Part shown: piece after piece, positions 20,622 through 32,102 of the stretch
How the letters are laid out: each line of letters begins with the position of its first letter
Position numbering within the stretch: the stretch's first letter is position 1
Assembly: GCA_963718895.1 (NCBI GenBank)
Contig: CAVRAG010000007.1
Coordinates: 736,001-800,000, forward strand
Reading direction: 5' to 3'
DNA: 64,000 nucleotides
DNA from: an uncultured Nitrososphaerota archaeon
GTDB taxonomy: Archaea; Thermoproteota; Nitrososphaeria; Nitrososphaerales; Gagatemarchaeaceae
Notes under the pieces: model-generated
Databases searched by the model: none
What the model was told of the DNA's origin: nothing
The model's input: the letters and a program-made list of their open reading frames with translations, nothing else
Translations under genes and position numbers: made by a program

Positions 20622-22530
20622 CTATCCGAATGTGACGGTATTGAAGAGCGGGGAGGTGTCCGCGCCCTGGAGCATCGGGTCTAGGTAGAAGTTCTTGACT
20701 ACGCCTGTCTTCCAGACGAGTGAACCGCTTCCCTGCCAGAGTTTCACGACGGCCACCCACGCGTATGGGGCATCTGCGTTGATCTGCTCTTGCGCCTTGG
20801 TGCAGAGCGCGGCTATCTGGGTCTGGTTCGCGTCCGTGGTGAAGGCGTTCACGCAGGCCTGGACGGTTGGAGTGGAGTAGGCCGCAAAATCTCCATAGAG
20901 TGAGCTGTTGCTGACAAAGGATATCCAGTCATCCGCCGGGGTCAGCGCGTTCAGCGTCCACGTGGGAGCCCCGTTCAAGATGTTAATCTGCCCAATCTCC
21001 TGGGCGTTCTGAACGTTTGTGGTGTAGCTGCCGAAGAGCGAGGTGTACTCGCCGAAGGTCTCAGTGACGATGTTGGTTTGTATCCCTATGTTGGAAAGGT
21101 CCCCCTGGGATCAGCTGCGCCTCATCGGTGCACGAACCGCAGTTCGCAAGTATCCTGATGGCGAGCGTGGGCATTGTCTTTACGTCAGCGGCCGCAAGGT
21201 AGTGCTGCGCCAGCGTCACGTTGTAGGAGTATGGTTGCGCACCACCCAGGTCGTAGAAACTCCCGAAGAGCGGAGCCTCCGGACCGACGAATTGCGACCC
21301 TTGTCCGAGCCAGACCTTCTGGATTATCTGGCTGTAGTTGATCGTGCTGGACTATTGCGAGTCTCACATCTGTGATATTGGTAGGATAGCTCTGCGTATT
21401 CAGGTCGACGAAGTTGACCTGGGCTCCGAGCCCGCTCGTCGCGACGTAGGAGTACTCGTTAGGGTTCGCGTCACAAGGTTCCAGTCCTGCGCCATTATCA
21501 TAGCAACCTGCGCCGTCCCTGTGCTGAGGTCTGTGTATCGTGTGACATCATCGGGCTTGTAGTTTATGACGACGTTCTTGACGTGGCCCGGATCGAACAT
21601 GGGCTGCGCTGCTATCTGCGCTGGTGTGAGGCTGTCCCCCCAGTATGTCGGATTCTGCGCGAAGGTCACGAAATTATTCTCAGACACCTGTGTGACGACG
21701 TACGGGCCTGTACCGGGGATTGGATGCTGGTTGAAAGCCGTGTTGTAGTTTCCTGGTGTACCGAAGCCACCATTGTTGAGTACGTACTGCGCGTCAAAGA
21801 CCTGACTCATCCAGGGCACCAGCAGTCCGAGGAACCACTGGAAGGGTGCTTGCAGGTGGAAGACTATCTGGTTGGGACCGGTAACATAAATCGGCCAATG
21901 GTTGTTCTCCATCACGCTCAGGGCCGCCGACGAGGGCGAGGAGAGTCCTGACTTCGTCAGAGTTGAGAGCGTCGACGAACCGAAGTTCACGCTACTCATG
22001 TTGAAGACATCGTAGGAGTTGAACCAGGAGGAGGCATTCCCGGATACGTAGTAGAGCCCGTAGAGTTCAGCCCATACCTGATATGCGTTGAAGGGGTCAC
22101 CATTGGAGAAGGTCACTCCTTGCCTCAGATTGAGGGTGTAGGTCTGTCCGCCGTCCGAGACGGTCCAGTTGTCGGCCAGGCCAGGCATGTATTGGATACT
22201 ACCAGTCTGGTACTCGGCCGTGAGGTTGACAGCGACTAGCGGCTGGTACACAGTGATTTCCTGCCAGTCAGGATAAGGCGCCAAGTTGACTGTGTCAAGC
22301 GCGTTCAGGTCGCCAGTCGGCCAAATCCAGTCGTCAATGGTGAGCGTCTGTGGCGCAGACGCGCTAGAGCTGCTCGAGGCTCCCTGGGAAGATGAGGAAG
22401 GGGACGAAGATGGACTCGACAGCGAGGCAGCGTAATAGATACCGACCGCGGCTACTACAATTATGACAATGAGGGCCAGTGCAATCATCGCTCGGCCCAC
22501 GGCGATTCGACTTTCGGACCCAGCAATCAA
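20622..22530 (-). CDS. ABC transporter peptide-binding protein (SBP family 5), frameshifted
   Basis: N-terminal TM plus Ser linker; PGLA.NW.VS.G..YT..LR.GV.FS.G.PF.A; GTGPY. Confidence 0.85.
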
Positions 22531-22759
22531 ACGGCCTGGACTTTGGCCATTGTGTCTTAAGTCTTTCGAGAAAGCAGTCTGCGAAGCACTTTCGACAGGG
22601 TCATAATCACGAAATCGGCAGCCAAGAAACCTTGGATGCTCACTTAGTCTAGGCTTGCGGGGACCCAGAGGACCTCAACTTCAGGGTCGTTCCGTTTGGA
22701 GCGGAGACCGGTTCGGGACATCAAATGATGACGCATTGAGGCTCCAGACTCCTCGACGG

Positions 22760-24269
22760 TCAATCACGGGCTGCGGATACGACGGCGATCTTCTCTCCGA
22801 GCTTCGTGAGAACGAGAAGGCTCCCCGACATCTCAGCTATTGCAAAGCTACCATGTACCATCTGCTTCAACCGTTTGTTGGAGTAACCCTGCTGGGAGAG
22901 CCTCTTCCTCGGGACCTTGCCTCCTGAATTGTGGATGAGCTTGGCCGTGTCCCTAGCCCAGGCCGGCAATTTGTCGTAGACCTTCCAGGCCGAATCACCG
23001 TCAGGAACCCCTTCCAGTGAGATTGGAGGTGTTTTCGGACTCCCTACTATTGGGTGATTCTGATTTGGCAGATTTTGCGTCGGGGCGAATAGGAAACTGT
23101 GCTCCGGGAGGCCCACCATGCACCCCACCGGAATGTCAGTACTGGCGTCGTTGAGCTGGACCAGGCACTCTCCCACCTCCAGCTTGCGAAGGTCTGATGC
23201 GAACTTGTCCGCCTCCAACCTGCTCACCATGTAGTTCAGCGCGAGGTCGACGTCCTTGCCGCTGGTCATCGAGTGGCAGACTATGGTGTTCGAGTTGGAG
23301 ATGATGTCCTCGCTGACTTGTGTCGGCCGCGTTGCCATGACGACCAGCCCCATCCCGTACTTCCTCAGCTCGGTGGCGTACCTCTCGAGGATCCCCTCGT
23401 AGTCTCGCCTGGCGGGAGCAATGTGGTGCGCCTCGTCGACCATGAGCACGAACCTGAGCGCCTTGGTCCACCCGAGCCTCTTGCCGCGGGTGATGAGGAG
23501 CTTGCAGAGGACCTGGGAGACCATGTTCCTCGCCTCGTCGGACTCCAGCGGGCCGAGGTTGACGATGCGCAGGCCCGGCGCGAAGAGCTCGGACTCGTCC
23601 AGCGGTGGCGCGTCGGTGTCGAAGACCCGCGCCAGGGAGCCGCTCGCCAGCGGCCTGAGCCGGGAGACCACAGCCTCGTTCCCCTCGAGCCAGCCCTTGA
23701 CCTTGGTCCGGGACTCCTCGCCCTGCGCCCTGAGCTCCGAGAGGACATCGGAGAGCCGGGAGGTGTCGGCCCCGTAGCAAGACTTCAGGGCCTCGCCGAG
23801 GGCGCGCTCCTGGTACGGGGTGAAGGTGATGCCCCTGAAGGAGCTGCCGACGTAGTGGTGCATCAGGGATATGGCGCGCTCGACGTCGTCGTCGCTGTTG
23901 TCGGACCTGCGGGCGAACGGGGAGAGCGTGAGGTTGGTCCCGGGCGTGTAGACGGTCGCGCTCGGGAGAGAGGCTAGTGGTGAATGGGCGAACTCGCCGG
24001 TCCGGTCGAGGACGAGGACCGAGATGCCGTTCATCGCGGTCGAGCTCCCTGGCAATCACCATGCCCGTACCGCTCTTGCCGCTGCCGGTCCTGCCGAAGA
24101 TGCACATGTGGCGGGTGAGGCTGTCGACGGGGATGGTAACCGGGGGTCTCTCCGGCGATTGCCCGCGTTGAAGACCGTAGGTGGATGCGTCTCCTGGCGC
24201 GTCGACGCGACAACCGAGGCGGATCTCACGTCTCCCGGCGGGCGGCGATTGCTGATTCTGAAGGGGCAT
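22760..24269 (-). CDS. HerA/DUF87-family ATPase with C-terminal wHTH-like tail (frameshift near 24040)
   Basis: Walker A HMCIFGRTGSGKS, VLDRTGEF, Walker B MVDEAHH, ELRKYG motif. Confidence 0.85.
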
Positions 24270-24285
24270 GGAGACTGGCTCACTC

Positions 24286-24603
24286 TCAGAGGTTCACGAC
24301 ACCGGGGAAGAAGTAGAGCACGAGGAACGTGAGCCAGAGCAGGCCCGATGCGCATATCGTGACCCAGAAGTATGCCTTGGTGGTCTTGTGGTGGAAGAAG
24401 AGCCCGCCGAGTATCACGCCTGCGACCCCGCCGGCGAGGGCGATGTGCGCGAGGCTGCGCTCGCTTATCCTGTCGAACCCGATTCGGGCGGAAGTCTTGT
24501 CGGCGAGCATGGCGGCTCCGCCGAGTAGGCTCCAGACCAGGAACCACTCACCGAGAAGCCGCTCGGGGATCATGGAAGCGAGGTTGACGGGGAGCATTGC
24601 CAT
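24286..24603 (-). CDS. DUF1294-family membrane protein, copy 3
   Basis: MLADK..RISERSL..GG..G..LGG.FFHHKT.K. Confidence 0.85.
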   Translation of the reverse strand: MAMLPVNLASMIPERLLGEWFLVWSLLGGAAMLADKTSARIGFDRISERSLAHIALAGGVAGVILGGLFFHHKTTKAYFWVTICASGLLWLTFLVLYFFPGVVNL

Positions 24604-24607
24604 CGCC

Positions 24608-24811
24608 CTAGGCGGTCTTGGGGACCGGGATGCCGCCTTCGTGCATCTCTATCCGGCACTCGGGACAGACGAGCTTCTTGAATAAGCGCCCCACCTTCTT
24701 CTTAGGGCAGGTGTCGCAGTAGAGCTTCCGGCAGCTAGGACACTGCCAAGCGATCCTCCCGCGAAACCCGCCGACCTCCTTGTTGCACTGGATGCAGAAT
24801 CCTCGGACTAA
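24608..24811 (-). CDS. Small 4xCxxC zinc finger, copy 3 (start reads TTA instead of TTG)
   Basis: Manual translation xVRGFCIQCNKEVGGFRGRIAWQCPSCRKLYCDTCPKKKVGRLFKKLVCPEC..; same 204-nt length as copy 2; TTAAAT box at 24836-24841. Confidence 0.8.
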   Translation of the reverse strand, partial: LVRGFCIQCNKEVGGFRGRIAWQCPSCRKLYCDTCPKKKVGRLFKKLVCPECRIEMHEGGIPVPKTA

Positions 24812-24862
24812 AGTGCCCTATGATCAGGAACAAAGATTTAACGACCAAGGACACCTTCGAGA

Positions 24863-26921
24863 TTACGCTTGAGAAGAACTTGCAACTCCCTTTTCGACAA
24901 CACTCAGGGGAGGAAAGGCTCTACTCAAGAGGGGTCCTATTGACTTGTCCAAGGTTCGGGGGTTGGTTTCAAGGAATTTGGTGATGAATGCATGAGCAAT
25001 CAACGGCTTCTTTTCAACACCCTCCCTTCCCTTTATGTACTCGGAAACATCCTTGTATAGGGAACTGTCGAGTTTTTGGATAAAATCCTCCAAATTCTTG
25101 GAGAAGAAGAACACTTGATTGGTCAAATCGTCTATTCCATCATTTCTTACAATGGAGTAGGATTCGCCATCGTCAGAGTACTTGGCAGCGAGCTTTTCTT
25201 AGCGTGTTATCATCATGGTTGTCTCCATCGGCCAAAATCGTAAATGGAATGCCAATGTTGTTTAGAACCCGAGAGTACTTCCCGAAGTTGCCGTTGCTTC
25301 CTACATCTACTATGATGTTCTCTCTCTTGTCAATCTCCATGTCATAGTGCCTCGCCGCAATGTCCAGGAATTCCCGATCGGCCTCTCCCTCGCACATGAC
25401 TATCCTGTTCGCGAAGAATACTCTTGTGTCGATTTGGTATGATAGCTTGTACCGATCCTCGTCTTCAAAATGGAGAGCAGCATTCAGTTGGGTAGCGATA
25501 CTCTTCGCACCGGTTCTTCTAACGTAGAAGAGATTCGCGTTGAAGTCGAATATCAGATTGTGAACCAACTTGGGAGAGTGCGTTGCCACAATAATCTGGC
25601 TCTTCGTTGCAACTAACTTATCCATTAGAGCCTTCATCTGTGGAGGATGGAGATTGACAGCGGGCTCGTCCAGCAATATCACAGAATCTTCTACCCCGAT
25701 CGCCGCGGCCAAGAGAAAAAGCGATTCTGCCAAACCTGCTCCAACACGGTCCAGCTCGAATTGCTTCGAATTCGTTGAATCAGTTACAATGATGTATGTG
25801 TGGTGTGGAACCTGAGGTATGTTTCGTTGTTGAAAGTTTTCTTGACCGAGACTCACGTATCTGGGCAGTACATCGAAACTCAAGGAAGGGAATAGATCCT
25901 GGAAAGATTCCCTTATTGCGCGAAATCTCTTCCTCTGCTCAAGAATGTTGGACTCTTTCAGGCTAAACAGAAACTGGCCAAGATTCCACCCGTCAGCTTC
26001 GAGTCGATTTGTGTACTGTAGAGGTTCGTCTGCCGAGGCTGCCTGAGTGGCAACTGGTGTTTGGGCCACATGGTCAGCTTCGACTGTTGCCTTGCCGAAT
26101 ATCGTGCCTCCGCTTGTGAATATTATCTTGTTCCGCAGAATTGAACCGAGAATTGAAGAGAACGTAATCTGGGAGTTCTGACTTGGCGGAAATCCAGCTG
26201 AAATCAAGACTTGCTGGAACATCCTTCGATGATCCTCCGAGGCATTTGTCAAATATTGATCCTGAATGTCTTGGATTGTAAAGTAGGTCGAATCCTCGAC
26301 AAAGACTTTGTGTGAAGCGGCTTGGGGATCTGCGGACAGACTGATGCCATCCAGGAGACCTGCAAGATTGCTTTCGGGTTGCTTACCTTTGAACCCATTC
26401 TGCATCGAATCTCGAACATCATCCACCACATAGATCGTCCCCGTCCCATTGGGAGCGTGGAATCGTACGCCTAAGTCTATCAGTTCGAGTTCAAACACAT
26501 TATCCCGAGTAGTTGGAAAGTAGCCCAAGGGCCAACCCAGTGTGAGCCGAGCCCTTCTGCAAAGCTCGACGAGACGGTCGAAATTCTTGTAGTCGTAAAC
26601 ATAGGTCCTTTCCCCTGCGGCATCTCTTACTCGATAGACTCTGAGGAAGTCGAGCAGAGTCTTGGCCTCACTATTTGAGAACACCAACTCGGCTGAGAGC
26701 ACTGGAGGCTTGTTCGAGAATACTTCGTCCTCTGACGGCCTCTTGGAGGACGGAGGGAGGCTCTCCGCGAAGAGACGGACTATTCGGAGGAGATTTGACT
26801 TCCCGGAGTTGTTTGGTCCGACAATCACGTTTGACTTGCTAAGCGAGAGGCGTGTGGGCGGCTGCGAGTCGCCATCATACGAGTAAAGGCCTTGCACGGT
26901 CAATTCCTTGAGCTCCACCAT
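24863..26921 (-). CDS. OLD-family ABC-ATPase/TOPRIM nuclease (frameshift near 25170)
   Basis: GPNNSGKS, LLDEP..LHP, ATHS, then TOPRIM-like CEGEAD and ADGD; lower GC than flanks. Confidence 0.8.
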
Positions 26922-27069
26922 GGATTTTACCTCAATTGATTAGAGAATATCGCTTCTCTTAAGGTCTAGTCGATTAGTCTTGGAATGCATCAAGAAGACA
27001 ATCCCGAACAGGCCGGATGCTTCTAGCAAATGCCATTGGTGCTTAAATGCGCTACCAAACTGAGTTTTC

Positions 27070-27240
27070 ACCCTACGACACGCAAATGACTCTCCCGCCC
27101 TAAACCAGAGACGATACGTGGAGTTGCCTGCGCTGGAAGAACGCAGTCTGAGTGTCGAGGGTTGCTCCGCGGAAGGCGAGCCAACAGGTCCGAAGAGGAA
27201 GACTTCACCACGGATCTTTGACTTTCCAGCGAATGCCGTA
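27070..27240 (+). ncRNA. Dispersed structured RNA element, copy D (most divergent; compensatory changes)
   Basis: ACCCT-A-CGACAC pairs with GTGTCG-AGGGT where copies B/C have ACCY..TTGCGC/GCGCAA-GGGT; TTAAAT box at 27043. Confidence 0.65.
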
Positions 27241-27350
27241 CCGTTAACCAGAGAGGGCTCGTTAACCGCGCCCAGTGAAACTTCGACTCAGGCAACACAA
27301 CTCCTATTAGTCAAAGACTAGATTTCTTCTGCGTTGAGAATCTCACAAAC

Positions 27351-29730
27351 GTGTCGTGCAGCTCTTGCCTTCTCGCCTCCTTTGTATTAGCGCTCTCGTT
27401 TACCCCTTTGAGTTCAGCCGCGGCCGGCACACTCGCTCTCCAAATGATAACCACGCCTGCCGGAGCTTCTGCCCGCAATGATTTGATGACGGTGGAAGTA
27501 ATAATATCTTCGGCTGGAGCACCTGTCTCAGGAGCTTCGGTCACACTAAAGTGAGATTCCTTTGGTTCCACCTTCTCACCTTCAACCACAGTAACTAGCT
27601 CTGATGACACAGCATTCGTTAGGCTATACTTCTCTGCAAGTACTTGCGGAGCTGATAAGATTACGGGTACCGTTATTGCCTCTGGGTACTCGGCAACTAC
27701 AAACTCCACTTCCGTGATCCTAAACTGTAGCAATACACAGCTGAGCGTCACCGCCTCGGTGCAGAACAGTCCGGTGGCAGGAGGGAGTTCAGACTTAATC
27801 AGCGGGCGCGTCTACGTTTATGGTGTGAACAATGGTGTATCTGGTGTGACCATGACATTCTCCGATACCATAGATTCACAATTCTTCTCGCAATCCGCCC
27901 AGACTGACAATAGTGGGAATGGAAATTACAACGTCAACTTCACTCTCGGGGTGGTTAGCAAGCCTACAATCGATTTCATAACAGTCACGGCGTCAGAGAG
28001 TGGGTACACCCGGAGCAGCTCGACGATATTCTCTTCCCCCTTTAACCCTTTTGACTCGAACGACCTCACAGTAACGCTAAACAAATTCCTCCCCTCAACA
28101 CTGACTACCATTCAGGAACCATCCAATAATTTGGTCTGCCGTCAACGACTACATGGTTGTCGAGGCTAAAGTGACCGCAGGAGGAACACCGATCGCGGCT
28201 GTTTCTGTCTCGTTCAGCGACTCATTCGGGTCAGGTTTCACGCCCTCGGTTGTAACAACAAACTCCTCTGGCGTAGCTGTTACACAGCTCTTTCTCTCTT
28301 CCGGGAATACCGGAGTCGATGTGATGAGTGCCTCAGCGTCTCAAGCGGGGCGCACCACCGGTATCGGGTCTAACATCTTTTACGTCGCCCCTCGAACCGG
28401 TACGCAGCTCACTGTAACCGCCGCTGTACAGAACAGACCAGCGACGGGAGGGAGCTCAGATCTCATCACCGGGCGTGTCCAAGTATACGGTGTGAACTTC
28501 ATACCGGGCGTAACCGTAACATTCACTGATACCATAGGCTCACGGTTCTTTGTGCAGTCTGCCCAGACTGACAGCGGTGGATTCTATACTGTCAACTTCA
28601 CTCTCGGATCTCCAAAGACGGTCTCGACCGATTTTATCACCATCGCTGCAGCGGCAGGTGGTTATACAGGTAGCAGCTCGACGATATTCATGACCGTGAA
28701 CCCGTATAACTCTAGCGTCTTGTCGGTGGCAGTCGATGGTTTCCTCCCATCTACGCTGAGCACATATCAGAATCATCCGTTTACGTCATCTGCCGTGAAT
28801 GACTACCTGATCGCAGAGGCTGAGATAACAGCCGGAGGAACACCCGTCCAGGGTGCTTATGTCACGTTCAGCGACTCGTTTGGTTCCACCTTCACGCCGA
28901 CAGTGGCCAGAACGGATGTATCAGGCGTGGCGATCACAGAACTTTTTCTCTCTTCTGGGAATACGGGAATCGATACGATAAGTGCTTCGGCATCACTGCC
29001 CAGCTATTCAGGTGGCATTGGCTCCAACGCAATTTACGTGCTTCCCAGGACGTCGACTCAGCTAAGTGTCAGCGCGAGTACTTCGATAGGGAGCCCGACC
29101 TCAGGGAGCTCAGATTTCCTCAATGGACGTGTCCAGGTATACGGTGTGGCCTACATCCCCGGTGTGACCCTGACCTTTTCTGACACAATAGGCTCCCAAT
29201 TCTTCCCGCAGTCCATTCAAAGCGACAAGACTGGCTCCTATTCTGTCACCTTTACTTTGGGGACCGTAAGCGGCCCAACATTCGACCTCATAACGGTGGC
29301 TGCATCAGGGAGCGGCTATACGGGGAGCAGTTCGGCGATACTTGTACTTGTGAACCCATCTGGCAGCATCTCTGTTTCGACGCAAGGAAGCCAGACCATT
29401 GTCGTGTCTACCACAACCGTCACGAATACAGAGACGGTCACCAGCGTATCAGTATTGACCATGCCTGGAGGCGCGACTGCGACAGTGACTTCAACGGCTG
29501 TCCAAGTCATCACAATCTCTGGAACAACAACGATCACTCGGCTGGTAAACTCGACAGCATCTCAATCGACCACGCCGCTCAACTCGTCCCAAGGTGGCAG
29601 CTCCTCGACGCCTAATTCAGATGAAGACTACCTTGCTGTTTTCCTCGTCATAATCGTGGCGTTATCCGCCACCGTTGCCGTACTGTTCAGGGGTCGTGGG
29701 TCGAGAATCACTCCCACGGAACCATGGTGA
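27351..29730 (+). CDS. Membrane-anchored surface protein with three tandem Ig-like/invasin-type repeats (first repeat interrupted)
   Basis: Signal peptide; repeats G.P..GA.V.FSDSFGS.F.P..T..SGVA / TQL.V...SSD.I.GRV.VYGV; Thr-rich stalk; C-terminal TM plus basic tail. Confidence 0.75.
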
Positions 29731-29863
29731 TGTGGGGGGCTGGCAGAATAATCGCAAAGTCAAGAATTAGGCGCAATCCGGGTATGGAGATACGAATGAG
29801 TTTGGACCTGCGCTTACGTTTCACTTCGTGGTCAAGGCCATGTTGTTCGCTAGGTCTCCCACC

Positions 29864-31074
29864 ATGATTCTGGTTCCGGGTGACGTGATCCAAGGCAAGA
29901 GCGAGTCGTATACCATACGCGTCCCACTTTCGAATAGGTCAGTTACATCGGACGTCTACAAAGCAACGACCGAAGATCGAAAGGCGCGTTCGCGGTGAAG
30001 ACCCCGAGGATTGAAAACGACCAAGACAACAACGACCTGTTAACCCAAAGGATGAGAAGGGAGGCATCCATACTGCAACGAATCAACCATCCCAACGTCG
30101 TGAAATATGTCGACCAGGCAGAGCGGGATGGAAGCTTCTTGCTCGTTGAACAGTTTGTATCCGGAGAGAATCTGAACGACCTTCGCGGCCATCCTCCTCA
30201 GCCGATGAAGGAACTCGACGCGACCGGTTACAGTCTCACTCTTCTCAAGGTCTTGGAGTACCTACACGGTCAGGCCGATCCCATCATCCATGGAGACATA
30301 AGACCAGAGAATGTCCTCATAGGCAATCGGACAGGACGTTTTGTGCTAATCAACTTCGCAACGCAGGACTTGGTTGAGACATCGAACCTGACGTTTCGCC
30401 CCGGTATCAAGGGGTACAGCGCCCCTGAGCAGTTAAGAGGTGAAGCGACAGCGCTCTCAGATATCTATTCGGCTGGCGCGTTCGTCTTCGCGTCAGTTAC
30501 AGGAAGGCAACCAAGTGACTATATCGACCTGGTCGATGGTCACCTGACCACCCTTCCCAGCGAAATCGTTCCATCGGTCAGCGAGAATCTTTCGAAGGTC
30601 ATAGCTCAGGCCATGAGCCCCCAACGCTTCGAATCAGCACGGTCGATGTATGCAGCGATTCGCAACGCGATGCCGAAGAATCCAGCGACCGTTATGCTAG
30701 AATCAAGATCGTATCAGGTGACCGATAGCATTGAAATCGGCCGTCGGCACGAGTGCAATCGCATCTGCGCACAGAGGGGAAGCCACTGTCTACCCGAGAT
30801 CCTCGTCTCTGAAGGCGCCCAGTACGTGTCGCCCCACCACGCCAAGATCTTTCGGAGTGAGCAAAATGTGTGGTATGTTAAGGACCTGATCACTCGGAAC
30901 CACACGGCCCTGTCGTCCGATGGAGGCAAAACTTTCCGGGTCATACCTCCCGGAGGCGTGGACATGATGCACTCTGACGACGTCATCGCGATCGTCTATT
31001 CCGGCAGCTCATGCTGTGAAATCGCTCATAAACACGAAGGAGCACTCAAGACGTTGTTATTCAAGGAGACATGA
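29864..31074 (+). CDS. Ser/Thr kinase-fold protein (degenerate motifs) with C-terminal FHA domain; frameshift near 29990
   Basis: AVK, HPNVV, HGDIRPEN, YSAPEQ, DIYS; FHA-like IGR..VS.HHA..DL...N.T. Confidence 0.8.
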
Positions 31075-31087
31075 GGCGGGAATCTCG

Positions 31088-31951
31088 ATGAGCGATGGTA
31101 GAGAGCGATTTCAGGAGGGCCTCGACTCGGAGGCAGATTCGACTCAGACCAATGACCCGCAGGCTTCGGGTCCAGGCCCTCGATTTGGCTTCGCCTCTAA
31201 CGTGGGGTTGAAGAGGAAGGTCGACGAAGACAGCCTTCTTGTCCTTGAGGTTACGGTGGTATTCGACGCGAGGGTGAGGAGGAGGGTCTTGCTGGCCATC
31301 TCGGATGGCATGAGTGGACACCCCAGGGGTGAAATTGCGAGCAGAATAGTAATCAGAACCCTTGTTGGAGTTTTGTGCAACGTCATGGCCAGTAATACCG
31401 CAATCAGCGCCAAGATGGCGAGCGAGGAGATCGTTGGCGCAATCCAAGAAGCAGGCAAGAGAATGAACGTTTACTCGAGCCGCGTTCCGGGCAGCACTGG
31501 AATGGGCGCGACAGTGGTCCTCGCCATGATAGACGGAGACCAAATCTATTCCGCGAATCTGGGCGATTCCAGAGTCTACGTGATCAATCGAGAGGGGATA
31601 CGACGGGTCACGAAGGATCACTCGTACGTCCAAGAACTCGTAGATTCAGGTAAGATAGAGGCCGATGCAGCCAAGACCCATCCCAGAAGGAACTTGGTGA
31701 CCCGCGTTGTTGCCGCAGATTCCGATTCGACGCCACGCACCTTCGCAGATACTCTAGTCGAAGGCGACATTGTGCTCGTCTGCTCTGATGGTATCCACCT
31801 TTACATCGATGACGATGAGCTGAGAAAAATCATTCTTGAGGAATCAGATCCCCAGCGTGTCTGCGACAAACTCATCGCGATGGCGAACGGAAGAGGAGGC
31901 GCCGACAATGTATCCGTAATCATGTTTCCGTTCGGTTCCATGAAGGAGTGA
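31088..31951 (+). CDS. PP2C-family Ser/Thr phosphatase
   Basis: EDS, SDGMSGH, GDSRVY, DHS, CSDG, GGADN. Confidence 0.92.
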   Translation: MSDGRERFQEGLDSEADSTQTNDPQASGPGPRFGFASNVGLKRKVDEDSLLVLEVTVVFDARVRRRVLLAISDGMSGHPRGEIASRIVIRTLVGVLCNVMASNTAISAKMASEEIVGAIQEAGKRMNVYSSRVPGSTGMGATVVLAMIDGDQIYSANLGDSRVYVINREGIRRVTKDHSYVQELVDSGKIEADAAKTHPRRNLVTRVVAADSDSTPRTFADTLVEGDIVLVCSDGIHLYIDDDELRKIILEESDPQRVCDKLIAMANGRGGADNVSVIMFPFGSMKE

Positions 31952-32102
31952 TAACGAAGGTGCAGGTAGCTGTAGCAGGAAGTAATCGGGCATCGGTTCC
32001 TTACGCCTCAGATTGGAGAGGCGGAGGTCTACGCGCGGCGAATGGTTATAAGGCTCGGACCCCTCGATGAAGCTCGCTCTCGTAGAGCATAGATGAGCTC
32101 AA

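Noticed and set aside
24863-26921. Gabija system
   Set aside because: No UvrD-like GajB gene adjacent
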